A DNA stretch of 64,000 nt from Lingula anatina (Eukaryota; Animalia; Brachiopoda): NCBI GenBank assembly GCA_051362555.1, contig CM120642.1:18662001-18726000 (forward strand), in the 5' to 3' direction. The translations under genes were made by a program, and so were the position numbers. Shown one piece after another: positions 63,610-64,000 of this stretch. Position 1 is the stretch's first letter, and every line of letters begins with the position of its first letter. The notes under the pieces are model-generated. The model had not been told where the DNA came from, searched no databases, and worked only from the letters and a program-made list of their open reading frames with translations.

Positions 63610-64000
63610 CGGAACATGCCAAGGGAGGGTAAATCATGAAAATAATTTGATTTTCTTCAATAAGTCTTATTCACTTTTGATCTATCATGATAAATGAAGA
63701 TTGAACTGTCTATTTATTGACCGATCTTTGCTCATGTCTTTGTTTATTTTTGCGTAAGATTAACTTTTCTGTAACCTGTTTACATAATATTTGTGAATGC
63801 TTCTCACAACATGGTTAGACTGGTCAAAGTCGGCACATGGCTTAAGCCAGTTGTCCATAATAAACTGTCCCGACTGGACTTAGTGGTCATCTTTGTTGAC
63901 TGAACCAGGATGATCTGGTCATTAGTGAATGCTGCAGACTGGATTAAGTATTTACTTAACAGCAGTAGTCAATAACTGGTGAATGTTAGAGGTAAATCCT

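Overview
AT-rich, intron-rich animal genomic DNA, most likely a lophotrochozoan protostome. This is inferred from a protostome-specific miR-981/miR-76 hairpin together with vertebrate-like intron positions. From left to right: (1) a CpG-rich non-coding region with a TATA promoter, a spliced non-coding exon and a mir-981 (MIR-76 family) precursor at ~10.3 kb; (2) a two-exon 174-aa Ser/Pro-rich, Cys/His zinc-finger-like gene resembling Drosophila CG13380; (3) a complete gamma/delta/zeta-sarcoglycan gene on the minus strand (7 coding exons, 290 aa, probable non-coding first exon at ~51.6 kb); (4) head-to-head with it, a complete TUSC3/MAGT1 (OST3/OST6) gene (11 exons, 326 aa) containing a U12-type minor intron; (5) a probable orphan terminal exon of a further minus-strand gene ending in a CxC motif. 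Introns and intergenic DNA carry many non-autonomous DNA transposons (Harbinger/Tourist-like, IS3EU-like, 5-bp-TSD CAGG elements, Helentron/HINE-like elements with 146-bp core repeats), a Tc1 remnant, and mini- and microsatellites. All calls come from reading the sequence by eye; no database search was run.
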